Below are positions 40,657 to 49,677 of a DNA stretch of 64,000 bases, in pieces. The notes under the pieces are model-generated. The model was not told the origin of the DNA. It saw nothing but the letters and a program-made list of their open reading frames with translations, and did not search any database. Source of the DNA: an uncultured Alphaproteobacteria bacterium (lineage in GTDB: Bacteria; Pseudomonadota; Alphaproteobacteria; Methylaequorales; Methylaequoraceae). A program made the position numbers and the translations under genes. Location of the stretch: the NCBI GenBank assembly GCA_902550225.1, contig CACCYL010000002.1, positions 13,539-77,538 of the forward strand. Reading direction: 5' to 3'. Within the stretch, counting starts at the first letter, position 1. Every line of letters begins with the position of its first letter.

Positions 40657-40783
40657 TTCTAAATTTCCATTTCCTCAAAAATAAACTAATATTAAAGTAA
40701 CTTCTAATTAACAACAACATTTAAAAGAAAAATTTAAATTTTTCGCTTTTCATTCACCAATTCATATATTATAAGCAGACTAT

Positions 40784-40860
<77 letters not shown>

Positions 40861-40906
40861 TTAAGTTTTTGGAAAGCATTGATATTGACCTTTATGGGAG
40901 AAAGTT

Positions 40907-41515
40907 ATGTTTAAAAACTATTTTGTGGCAATTTTTATTACAGTAATTGGATTTTCTGCTTTTGCAAACGACTATTATAAAGCTCTAGAGCTTTTCAATA
41001 AAAAAATGATTGAACAATCTATCATCCACTTTAAGAAAGTTGCTGAAGACGAGAATCATGAAAAAAGAAGTGATGCAATGTTTAATATTGCTCTTATTTA
41101 TGATAATGGTTTTGGAATTCAAACTGATAAAACTAGAGCACTATATTACTATGAATCTGCTTCAGAACTTTCAAACAAGTATGCTCTATTCAATCTGGGT
41201 TGGATGTATTATAATGGCGAGAACGTAAATAAAGACGTTTTCAAGGCATTCGAATTATATAAAATGTCGTCAGACTTTGGTCATCCAAGAGCTATGTATA
41301 ATTTAGCTAATATGCATTTTACAGGAACAGGAACAGTTAAAGATTTAAAGATGGCTTATAAATTATTTTTAAAATCAAAGATGCACGGAATCAAAGAAAG
41401 TGAATATTTTATTGAACAAATTGAAATTTCTTTAAATCCTGAGGAGTTAAATCTACTTAATAGAGAGTTTGAATCATTGATAGAAAAAAAAATTGTTTTA
41501 CCTCCTATAAATTAA
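40907..41515 (+). CDS. Secreted Sel1-like repeat protein
   Basis: Three AxxNL(G/A)xMYxxGxG repeats, signal peptide. Confidence 0.9.
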   Translation: MFKNYFVAIFITVIGFSAFANDYYKALELFNKKMIEQSIIHFKKVAEDENHEKRSDAMFNIALIYDNGFGIQTDKTRALYYYESASELSNKYALFNLGWMYYNGENVNKDVFKAFELYKMSSDFGHPRAMYNLANMHFTGTGTVKDLKMAYKLFLKSKMHGIKESEYFIEQIEISLNPEELNLLNREFESLIEKKIVLPPIN

Positions 41516-41669
41516 ACAGATATTTTACTAATACTAGTATTAAGTAAAATGAAATTAGGAAGCATAAAATAACTACTGAAAACTTATTTTTTTTTAGCTT
41601 TATAAAAAATTTATAAGTAAGGTATGTATCAATAATTGCAAGTATGAATGCTAAAAGATAGATATTCAT
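41505..41669 (-). CDS. Possible 54-aa two-TM protein
   Basis: Manual translation MNIYLLAFILAIIDTYLTYKFFIKLKKNKFSVVILCFLISFYLILVLVKYLFNL; could be a chance ORF in AT-rich DNA. Confidence 0.35.
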   Translation of the reverse strand: MNIYLLAFILAIIDTYLTYKFFIKLKKNKFSVVILCFLISFYLILVLVKYLFNL

Positions 41670-41756
41670 GAAACGAATAAACAATATTTTGAAAATAAAT
41701 TTTTATAAATATAGTAGAATGTTATATTTATATTACTTCCTCCCCAATATTAGTCA

Positions 41757-41790
41757 TAAAAAGGCGTTTTTTTCTAAAAACGCCTTTTTA
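41757..41790. terminator. Perfect 15-bp inverted repeat overlapping the stop of the 41774 ORF
   Basis: TAAAAAGGCGTTTTT-ttct-AAAAACGCCTTTTTA. Confidence 0.65.
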
Positions 41791-42106
41791 TTTTCTCACA
41801 GTCATAACGCTTAATAAATTGATCTTTGTATGTTATCCATTTGTTAGTGGAAATATTGAAGGTGCTCCTAGTGTTAAAAATATCATTATTAAAAATGATT
41901 TCATTTCTGCCAAATAAAACCACATTATCAAAAACACCCCCCGAATAATTTACAATAGTCTGATCTTTTAAGTTAACAATTTTTGAAAAGTCTCTGCTCA
42001 AACCTATGTCTAAGGAGGAATTTATTTCTGAACATACAAGTTTAAAGTCTTGGCTTATTGAAGACTTGTTAAATAATAAAATTATAATTGTCAAAATTTT
42101 AATCAT
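41774..42106 (-). CDS. Small secreted hypothetical protein (2 Cys)
   Basis: Signal-like N-terminus, one Cys near each end. Confidence 0.65.
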   Translation of the reverse strand: MIKILTIIILLFNKSSISQDFKLVCSEINSSLDIGLSRDFSKIVNLKDQTIVNYSGGVFDNVVLFGRNEIIFNNDIFNTRSTFNISTNKWITYKDQFIKRYDCEKIKRRF

Positions 42107-42118
42107 ATTTTTATAACT

Positions 42119-42195
42119 TGGCGACCCCGGTACGATTCGAACGTACGACCTACTGCTTAGAAGGCAGTTGCTCTATCCAGCTGAGCTACGGGGCC
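42119..42195 (-). tRNA. tRNA-Arg(UCU)
   Basis: GGCCCCG/CGGGGTC acceptor, ACTGC-CTTCTAA-GCAGT, CCA. Confidence 0.96.
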
Positions 42196-42262
42196 CGCTA
42201 GATCTATTTATACATAAAGATACTAGAGATTGAAATATTTCTTTTTTTTTTACTTTATTATT

Positions 42263-43144
42263 TTAAATACTAATGTTTTTCTTTAATTTTCTTTTGATTT
42301 TATCATATTTTCTTTTAATTCTAGTAATGTATGAAGGATACATAACATTATTATTCAACAAACATTTGTACATTTTATTAGTCAGAGAATCAGAGAGGTT
42401 TGGACGTAGAATATTAAAATAATTAATTTTTTTTTTTATTAGATTTAACTTTTTCTTTACATCTATTTTTTTTAAATTTTTATAAGACTCTAATTCCGCA
42501 TTACACCACAAAAACCTAAGTTCGTAACGTGAGTTTATTTTACTGTAAATTATAATTTTTGGTTTTTCTAACTTACTTGAACCAGATCCGGACAATTTAT
42601 CATTAATTTGATCAATATAATCTATCGAATTTTCAATGTATTTTAATGCAACTTTTTTTTCACGATAATATTTCTGTTCGATATTCTTTGCATCTTTTCC
42701 CATCACATTATTGAAAGGATCAAAAGAATTTATTTCTATACTATCTTTAAATTTTATTTTGATTTGCTTTATGTTACTTTCTTTTGCACTCAAATTGAAA
42801 CACTTGATTATATCTGGGTGAGAGAGATCAGGTTTTATAACTGAAATTTTTGAATAAAAATTCTTCATCGCATTTAATACATTTAAAACATCTTTTTTTT
42901 CTATATTTGTTTGAGATCTTATAATTTTTTTTGACCATCTAAGGTGAACATGAAAAAGATTTGACATGAAATTTGAAGTCTCCCAATGAATGGACTTCTT
43001 CTGTTTAGAAAATATCTGGAAAAAAAAATTCTTTTCTTGAAATTTATTCCACTCTTCAATAGAAATTTGAATATCTTTTAACGCTTGTTCTTTGTATGGT
43101 CTTAAAAAATTACCTTTTTTGTGATTTTGAAGAATGTTTGTCAT
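42263..43144 (-). CDS. Hypothetical protein with an internal duplication
   Basis: Two copies of W-x(n)-KxDVxxxLNxxK-x(n)-PxLS-x(n)-C. Confidence 0.7.
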   Translation of the reverse strand: MTNILQNHKKGNFLRPYKEQALKDIQISIEEWNKFQEKNFFFQIFSKQKKSIHWETSNFMSNLFHVHLRWSKKIIRSQTNIEKKDVLNVLNAMKNFYSKISVIKPDLSHPDIIKCFNLSAKESNIKQIKIKFKDSIEINSFDPFNNVMGKDAKNIEQKYYREKKVALKYIENSIDYIDQINDKLSGSGSSKLEKPKIIIYSKINSRYELRFLWCNAELESYKNLKKIDVKKKLNLIKKKINYFNILRPNLSDSLTNKMYKCLLNNNVMYPSYITRIKRKYDKIKRKLKKNISI

Positions 43145-43430
43145 TTTTTTTTCTCATTATGAATACTGGAAATAATGTTATAAACGAAATCACAAGTGAA
43201 GCTATTAAAATAACAATCATCCAGTATGTGGTTACAATTTTTTCACAAAGATCTTTATTCGTTATAACGAAATCCTCGCTACATTTTTCGTAGTTATTGA
43301 ATAAGTGATGTATAAGTTTTGTATCTGAAAAGTAAATTAGGTTAATTAAGTATCCAAAAGAAATTAAAAAGAGCGTAAGAAAAATAATGCCTATCAAAAA
43401 TAGAAAGAGTCTCAGAAGGAAAAAAATCAT
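43110..43430 (-). CDS. Two-TM hypothetical protein
   Basis: Two hydrophobic helices flanking a loop with 2 Cys. Confidence 0.6.
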   Translation of the reverse strand: MIFFLLRLFLFLIGIIFLTLFLISFGYLINLIYFSDTKLIHHLFNNYEKCSEDFVITNKDLCEKIVTTYWMIVILIASLVISFITLFPVFIMRKKNDKHSSKSQKR

Positions 43431-43453
43431 CTTATTTTAATATGAATATGTTA

Positions 43454-44041
43454 CTAATTTTTGATTTTATATTCTAATTCATTGACATGTCTTTGAAATC
43501 TATCTTTTAGTGTTTTATGATTTTTTAAGAATTTTTTTAATTTATTACAGAGTGTTTTGTAGTACCACAAAATATCGTTCGTTGTTTGTACATGATTTTT
43601 CCATAATTTTTTTCCAATTTTATTATGATCATTTATCATACAGCTAACGCTATGTAGTTTATCACATAAAATTACAAAAAGAGAAGATTGAGATTTTTTC
43701 TGAATAGTTTCCAAATATTCTTTTTTTTTTTCAAGCCATTGATCATTCTGGTTGTCTAATTCTTCGTAATCAGAACACTGCTTTACTATGTTAAAAACTT
43801 TAACACCGAATTTCTTTTTTATAAAATTTGACTTTTTATTTATATCTTCCAACTCAAAATAATCGTGAATTAATGCTGCAATTGCTTCATCGGTATTTCC
43901 ATTATTTTCTATTATCAAATTACTAACTGAAGACAAATAATTAAAATATGGAAATTTAATTCCTTTTCTGTATTTATGCCTATAAAAATTATATGAAAAG
44001 TCCAATGCTCTTTTGTATTGAATTAGGTCTAATTTCCCCAT
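43454..44041 (-). CDS. Mesh1/SpoT-hydrolase-like HD protein (degenerate)
   Basis: RKGIKFPY, IAALIHD, FGVKV, DKLH. Confidence 0.8.
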   Translation of the reverse strand: MGKLDLIQYKRALDFSYNFYRHKYRKGIKFPYFNYLSSVSNLIIENNGNTDEAIAALIHDYFELEDINKKSNFIKKKFGVKVFNIVKQCSDYEELDNQNDQWLEKKKEYLETIQKKSQSSLFVILCDKLHSVSCMINDHNKIGKKLWKNHVQTTNDILWYYKTLCNKLKKFLKNHKTLKDRFQRHVNELEYKIKN

Positions 44042-44110
44042 GTTATAACTAAATGTTTAAAAGATTATAATTTATTGTTCAGAAGAGTAATATCAGCATT
44101 GCGAATCTTT

Positions 44111-45127
44111 TTAAATGTTTTTGTAAAAATTATTTAAAGTTTCAATGTGTGTTACAGCTGCTTTTGCATTACCTACAATATTGTAACCTCCCTCTAAAAT
44201 AGACAGAATTCTTCCATTACAGTGGTTTTCTGCTATTTGGAGCACAATTGTTGTTAGTGTTTTAAATCCTTTATCTGAAATGTCAAAGCAACCAAGAGGA
44301 TCATCCTTTCTACTATCAAATCCAGCAGATATTAAAATAAAATCAGGTTTAAAAATATTTGCTTTTTTTACTAATATATTTTCATAAGTACTTACGATTT
44401 TTTTATCAGTTGTACCGCAAGGAAAGTGAATATTAACATTATACCCTTTACCTTTTCCACTTCCTGTTCTGTCAGGCGATCCAGTTCTTGGATAGGCGTT
44501 TGCATCATGAGTTGAAAAGAAAAGAACTGAAGGATCTTTATAAAAGAATGCTTCTGTTGAATTCCCATGATGATAGTCCCAATCAATGATAAGTACTCTC
44601 TTTAATTTATATTTATTTTGTATATATTTAGCTGATATTGCAACATGATTATAAAAACAAAATCCTTCATGTTTACCAGTATTTAGTGCATGATGTCCAG
44701 GTGGACGCACTGCACAAAAAATATTTTTATGCTTGTTTTTCATAATTTCATCTATACCTTGCAAACATCCTTTAACTGCTGTTAGTGAAGATTTCTCACC
44801 AATTGGATACTTACGCTTTAAAGACTTAATATGATAATTTGAATGTATAGTCTTTAACCAATTTTTTTCTTTTGTTTCAAGATTGATTTCACGAATCAAA
44901 GTTCCTAATTTTTTTTTTTCAAGTAATTTTATTAATTCTATAATCCTTTCGGATTTCTCTGGATGATCAATTGAGATTAAATGATTTAGTACAATATCGT
45001 GTGTCAAAACTCCGGTTTGATTCCGTTGTTTAAAATTTGCAAATAAATTATTAAAAATCTTTATTTTGAAAAAGAAAATAAAAATAGTATAAAAAGAAAA
45101 TAGCAGAAATTTTCTTTTTTTTTTCAT
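44111..45127 (-). CDS. Histone deacetylase family amidohydrolase
   Basis: HPE, RPPGHHA, GFCFYN, DWDYHHGN, SAGFD, LEGGY. Confidence 0.93.
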   Translation of the reverse strand: MKKKRKFLLFSFYTIFIFFFKIKIFNNLFANFKQRNQTGVLTHDIVLNHLISIDHPEKSERIIELIKLLEKKKLGTLIREINLETKEKNWLKTIHSNYHIKSLKRKYPIGEKSSLTAVKGCLQGIDEIMKNKHKNIFCAVRPPGHHALNTGKHEGFCFYNHVAISAKYIQNKYKLKRVLIIDWDYHHGNSTEAFFYKDPSVLFFSTHDANAYPRTGSPDRTGSGKGKGYNVNIHFPCGTTDKKIVSTYENILVKKANIFKPDFILISAGFDSRKDDPLGCFDISDKGFKTLTTIVLQIAENHCNGRILSILEGGYNIVGNAKAAVTHIETLNNFYKNI

Positions 45128-45133
45128 GTGAAA

Positions 45134-45730
45134 TTATCTTTTTAATTGAGAAACTGATTCATAAGTAGTTTCGTATATTCTTTCTATTAGATTTTCAAGA
45201 GCTTTTTGTCCAGATTTAACTGCACCACTCTGTAAATTACAATTAAGAAAAATATTCTTTTCCCAATTCATGCTTGAAGAAATATCATTTGTGACACGTT
45301 TTGAGGAATTTGAGACCTCAATTTTGATATCTAATGAAATTTGGTACATTCCAGTATTTCTGACTGTTTTAAATTTTGAGTTCCCATTAAAATCATAGAA
45401 AGAAACCTGTGAAACAAAACCATCTCCTTCTATTTTTTCTTTTTCTAACTTTTGATCTACTATTTCAAAATCTTTGAACATGTTATTAACTAAATTTTCA
45501 ATTGATTTTTTGATTGGTTTTTCAAAGTTTAATTTTAGTGCCCATGATTCACAGCTTTCAGACTTAATTTGATTAATTTGGTTAAAGTTTTTTTTGGAAA
45601 TGAAGATTGCATGCTTTCCCTCTATTTTTGCTGTTGAGGGAGGAGAAACCTCCATGATATTTAGTTTATCAAAATTTTTAGCGCAACTTAAAATAATAAA
45701 AAACAAAAATATAGGGAAAGTTTTTATCAT
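45134..45730 (-). CDS. Lipoprotein of unknown function
   Basis: Lipobox ILSC after a hydrophobic stretch. Confidence 0.75.
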   Translation of the reverse strand: MIKTFPIFLFFIILSCAKNFDKLNIMEVSPPSTAKIEGKHAIFISKKNFNQINQIKSESCESWALKLNFEKPIKKSIENLVNNMFKDFEIVDQKLEKEKIEGDGFVSQVSFYDFNGNSKFKTVRNTGMYQISLDIKIEVSNSSKRVTNDISSSMNWEKNIFLNCNLQSGAVKSGQKALENLIERIYETTYESVSQLKR

Positions 45731-45824
45731 AATATTTAGATTATAATAATTAGAAACATTATTGAAACGAAAATTTAAATACGTAGGACTTTGTTTTTTC
45801 CTATGTATTTAAGATAAAAAAGTA

Positions 45825-45944
45825 CTACTTCTGTGAAAGTTTATATCCCCATCTGTTTTCAGATGCGTCCCAAACTCTATTAGTTTCTTTGGGTATTTTC
45901 ACAAAAAAGTTGTTAAACTTTATAATATTATTGGTTAATAACAT
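45825..45944 (-). CDS. 39-aa microprotein
   Basis: MLLTNNIIKFNNFFVKIPKETNRVWDASENRWGYKLSQK; GGAG RBS upstream; hairpin at 45777-45810 downstream. Confidence 0.6.
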   Translation of the reverse strand: MLLTNNIIKFNNFFVKIPKETNRVWDASENRWGYKLSQK

Positions 45945-45969
45945 ACTATTTACTCCATTAAAGTTAATA

Positions 45970-46025
45970 AGTATGTACTTTTGACGCATGTACTATGCGC
46001 CACTTTTGAACCATGTGGATGGTAA
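45970..46025 (-). promoter_or_regulatory. Candidate structured leader: two hairpins with the repeat ACATG-NN-TCAAAAGT
   Basis: Plus-strand copies at 45977-45991 and 46002-46016, each overlapping a short stem-loop. Confidence 0.45.
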
Positions 46026-46184
46026 GTATATTTTACAAATATTTTAGCCAATTACAACAAATAAATGGATATTTAATGAATTTCATAAATCAATAGCTTT
46101 TAAATACGCATGTTTTAGTTTTTTTCTTTTAAAAGAGTTTACAGAGGTGTTGAATATCCAAAAGAGAACTATATTCTAGAAATC

Positions 46185-46544
46185 ATGATTTTGTTTTTTC
46201 TAGTATCTTTATTTTCTATACCAGCTTATGCAGGTGAAATTGATGGTAAAGGTATAATTTGTAATGTATATGGAGATACTGTGGGATATTTCTTTGAAAG
46301 TGACAGAGCTTTTGAATATAAAATCGCCGGAGGAGATAAAGGGCTAGAGGTTGTAAAGAAAGATGTGGGAAAATATTACACAAATGAAAATTCAATTTTC
46401 ATAAATGAAATCAAAATTAACAGAAAAGATTTAAAGTATCAAAAGTTCTCTTCATTTAGAGGTGAATGCAAGGCTTATGACAATTTTAATTCTTTTAAAG
46501 ATGGATTTGATATAGAAAAACTAATTGAGGATAACAAAATTTAA
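46185..46544 (+). CDS. Secreted hypothetical protein (paralog of 49678)
   Basis: Signal peptide AYA, GKGIIC, FESD, RKDL, NKI end. Confidence 0.75.
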   Translation: MILFFLVSLFSIPAYAGEIDGKGIICNVYGDTVGYFFESDRAFEYKIAGGDKGLEVVKKDVGKYYTNENSIFINEIKINRKDLKYQKFSSFRGECKAYDNFNSFKDGFDIEKLIEDNKI

Positions 46545-46961
46545 ATGAAAAGCTTCAATCTGACCTATGCAGCTTTTTTATTTCCAGCTATTCCTTTGAT
46601 GATGCTTACCTTTGGAAACAGATGGATTGCAATTAGCAAGTTAATTAGACAAATGCATAGGGATTTAATTGACAAACGAAAACAACAAAGTAAATCAGCA
46701 TCTAAATATTTAGTTCAAATTAAAATTTTAAGTTTGAGACTTAAATATGTTAAATATATGCAATTATTTTCAGGAATAGCTTTTATTATTAACCTTTTGA
46801 CAATTCTATTTGGAATGATCGGGAGCACAATAGCCCCTTATTTGTTTGCTATGGCCTTATTAATTTTTTCGACTGCATTGATTATTTTTCTAATTGAAAT
46901 TAATTTGAGCAGTCAAGCTCTAAAAACACATCTTGAAGATTTGGAAGATAAAAAAAAATAG
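46545..46961 (+). CDS. DUF2721 family membrane protein
   Basis: FPAIPLMML.FGNR, QIKIL..R, EI.LS.QAL..HL. Confidence 0.8.
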   Translation: MKSFNLTYAAFLFPAIPLMMLTFGNRWIAISKLIRQMHRDLIDKRKQQSKSASKYLVQIKILSLRLKYVKYMQLFSGIAFIINLLTILFGMIGSTIAPYLFAMALLIFSTALIIFLIEINLSSQALKTHLEDLEDKKK

Positions 46962-47021
46962 TTTTTAACATACTTGTTAATTTTATCTTGTGTTTTTTTT
47001 TTTTAATATTAAAAAACTAAT

Positions 47022-47642
47022 ATGATTTTTGTAAGGCTAATAATTTTATCACTAATATTTTCAGGAAGTTCGAAAGCTTCTGACTTTAGCTCACGGGAAG
47101 TCTTCAATAAGCTTTTAAAAGGCTTTTATAAAAACGATATACATAAGTGTAATTATGTTAATAAATCGTGGAGTACTGGTTTTGAGGCGTATCCTTATGG
47201 AATGGTTTTAAATAGCAGTGCATTTAAGAGTATATTAGTTTTTAACAACAAAAATGTTTTAGGAACACTATGGCCAAACATAGGAGAAATATCATTGGAA
47301 AGAGGCGTGAGAAAGTATCAATTATGGAAAAAAAATAAAAATGATGAATATGAATTACTTAATTCAGATTATTTGGATGATGCAAGCAGTGCTGATATAA
47401 ATTTGAAATCTGAAACAAATACAAATTATAAAGTATACTTTGATAACAAAACATTAAAAATTGGAGTAAAACACTGGATTACAGATTTCTACAGTTGCCA
47501 AAAAATTGAATCATCTAATTTTGCAAAAAAAAAATTAATTGATATCTTTGTTAACCAAAACGAATATGTTAAGAAAGATTTCGCATACAGGGAGAAAAAT
47601 CCAAGTCTATTCACCAACAATATTGAGCTTCTTGCTAATTAA
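47022..47642 (+). CDS. Secreted hypothetical protein
   Basis: Signal peptide, 206-aa ORF. Confidence 0.7.
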   Translation: MIFVRLIILSLIFSGSSKASDFSSREVFNKLLKGFYKNDIHKCNYVNKSWSTGFEAYPYGMVLNSSAFKSILVFNNKNVLGTLWPNIGEISLERGVRKYQLWKKNKNDEYELLNSDYLDDASSADINLKSETNTNYKVYFDNKTLKIGVKHWITDFYSCQKIESSNFAKKKLIDIFVNQNEYVKKDFAYREKNPSLFTNNIELLAN

Positions 47643-47736
47643 TATAGTAGAATTGTGGTAGATATTAAATTTGATTTAGATTATTTGGTGTTTTGTTGGA
47701 TTTTGGATTTTGAAGTTTTTGGTATAAATAATTAAT

Positions 47737-47907
47737 ATGAAAAAAGTTAATTTTGGGCTTGCATTACTAGTTTTATTGATAGTACTTGTTTCGTTTCTTT
47801 ACAAAAAAATTAATAAAGACTTTGCAACAATCATTGACCAATTAGAAGTAATAGATTCAAAATTGGATCATATTGAATACGATCTGCACGAATTGGAAGA
47901 AAAATAA
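47737..47907 (+). CDS. 56-aa single-TM + acidic coiled-coil microprotein
   Basis: MKKVNFGLALLVLLIVLVSFLYKKINKDFATIIDQLEVIDSKLDHIEYDLHELEEK (manual translation). Confidence 0.6.
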   Translation: MKKVNFGLALLVLLIVLVSFLYKKINKDFATIIDQLEVIDSKLDHIEYDLHELEEK

Positions 47908-47925
47908 TATTAAATTAAGTTTTAC

Positions 47926-48126
47926 TTATATCTTAAGATTAACAGCTGAATTTTTTCCATTTTCTTCAGCAATTTCAAATGTTATATCTTGGCCCTCTTC
48001 TAAATTATCAATGCCAGAGCTTTTTAAAGCCGTCTTGTGTACAAAAACGTCTTTAGACCCATCTTCTGGCTGGATAAATCCATAACCTTTTTTAAAATTA
48101 AACCATTTGACTTTACCTTTTATCAT
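47926..48126 (-). CDS. cspA: Cold-shock protein
   Basis: GKVKWFN, KGYGFI, DVFVH; AAGGAG RBS. Confidence 0.95.
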   Translation of the reverse strand: MIKGKVKWFNFKKGYGFIQPEDGSKDVFVHKTALKSSGIDNLEEGQDITFEIAEENGKNSAVNLKI

Positions 48127-48405
48127 TTTTCTCCTTGTTAAAATACGGATTTAGATTACAAAGCAACTTAATGCAAAATAAATTTAATTGAGTCTAAATC
48201 ATATTCCAAAAAAAAGAAATTATTGTAAGATTCAATACAATTTATTTATTTCATTATAATCAAAATCTCTTAATTAGATAGTTTTAATATTTAAAAAAGC
48301 AATCTTTAATATTTTTAATTTAAAAGCCACCTTGCTTTTGCTTCAATATAAAATTTACTATTACAAGGTGGTTCTATTAAAATAATAGCAATTTGAAAAA
48401 AAAAA

Positions 48406-48753
48406 ATGAAAAAGTTAATAATTTTTATATATTGTTTTAGTTTTAGTCTATTTTGTGAGGATTTCTGTGTCATTAATAATATTTTAGACAACAACAATAA
48501 GATCCTTAATTGCAATGATAAACAGTTGCTTTTTGGTTATATACAATTTAAATCAAAACAAGAAAATTTAAAATTCTCCTATAACAAAGAGGTAAGAGAA
48601 TATGTACCTCAACTTTATAAGTCAGAAATTTTGACTTTTGTCAGTAATAATTGTTATAAAAAATCTTTAAAAATAAAAACTATTACAAATTTTTATAGTA
48701 AACCAGATGAATATATTAATAAAATTATTGTAGAATGCAGATTTAAACTATGA
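48406..48753 (+). CDS. Secreted Cys-containing hypothetical protein
   Basis: Signal-like N-terminus, spaced cysteines. Confidence 0.65.
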   Translation: MKKLIIFIYCFSFSLFCEDFCVINNILDNNNKILNCNDKQLLFGYIQFKSKQENLKFSYNKEVREYVPQLYKSEILTFVSNNCYKKSLKIKTITNFYSKPDEYINKIIVECRFKL

Positions 48754-48884
48754 AAAATGAAGACGATATAAAATTAAAGGTTTGCAAAGAATGTGATGCG
48801 CCACTACCTTGCGATGCCTTAAAGTTAAGTTACTTTAATTTAAACTCTTACGTTTGTGATGATTGTTTTAAACAGTTGTCCTAG
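48750..48884 (+). CDS. 44-aa CxxC...CxxC microprotein
   Basis: MKNEDDIKLKVCKECDAPLPCDALKLSYFNLNSYVCDDCFKQLS; ATGA overlap with the upstream stop and 1 bp to the next ATG. Confidence 0.65.
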   Translation: MKNEDDIKLKVCKECDAPLPCDALKLSYFNLNSYVCDDCFKQLS

Positions 48885-48885
48885 C

Positions 48886-49065
48886 ATGAGAATAAGAGAG
48901 GAAAGAAGTTGTTTTAAGTGTGATAAATCGTTTTCTGAATTATTTCGATGCAAATATGACGAAAGAGGTAATTGGGTATTTCTATGCAAAAACTGTTTAG
49001 AAGAATCCAAGTTAAATAATTTGTTTTATCAATATGGTGGGACCTGGAAATCAAAGAAAAAATAG
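48886..49065 (+). CDS. 59-aa CxxC...CxxC microprotein
   Basis: CFKC...LFRC...W.FLCKNC...YQYGGTWKS. Confidence 0.75.
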   Translation: MRIREERSCFKCDKSFSELFRCKYDERGNWVFLCKNCLEESKLNNLFYQYGGTWKSKKK

Positions 49066-49078
49066 AAATATAAAAATT

Positions 49079-49636
49079 ATGTGTGGCAGATACGTACTTT
49101 ATTCAAAAGAGAAATTCAAAAACAAATATAATATAAATATAAGCCCAAACTATAATATTTCGCCGAATCAAGAGGTATTTGTGATTGATCAAAATATGAA
49201 TATTATGAAACTAAAGTGGGGAATAAGGGCTGAGTGGAAAAAATCGTTAATCATAAACGCGAGATCAGAAACAATGGAAATAAAGAAGTCTTTTGCCAGC
49301 TTAAATAGATGCGTTTTTATAAGCGATGGATATTATGAGTGGAAAAGAAGTGGAAAATTAAAAAGCCCATATTATCATTACATCCCAAATAGTTTTTTGT
49401 ATTTTGCCGGCCTTTGTAATCATAAAGGCTGCGTTGTTGTTACTATGGATAGTTTTCATTACCTTTCGAAAGTTCATAGAAGACAACCATTTTTTTTAAA
49501 AGAAAATCAAATTGATTCATGGATTAAAAATGATAAAAGTAATATAATTTTTGATGAAATAATAAATTTTCATAAAGTATCAACTGAAGTAAATAAAATA
49601 TGGTGTAACTCAAACAATTTAATTAGTGAAATTTAA
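49079..49636 (+). CDS. SOS response-associated peptidase (SRAP/YedK)
   Basis: N-terminal MCGRY, YNISP, INARSET, GYYEW, HxRxP. Confidence 0.93.
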   Translation: MCGRYVLYSKEKFKNKYNINISPNYNISPNQEVFVIDQNMNIMKLKWGIRAEWKKSLIINARSETMEIKKSFASLNRCVFISDGYYEWKRSGKLKSPYYHYIPNSFLYFAGLCNHKGCVVVTMDSFHYLSKVHRRQPFFLKENQIDSWIKNDKSNIIFDEIINFHKVSTEVNKIWCNSNNLISEI

Positions 49637-49677
49637 GATAAAACTCAATAATCACATATACTTATTAAATATATCTT

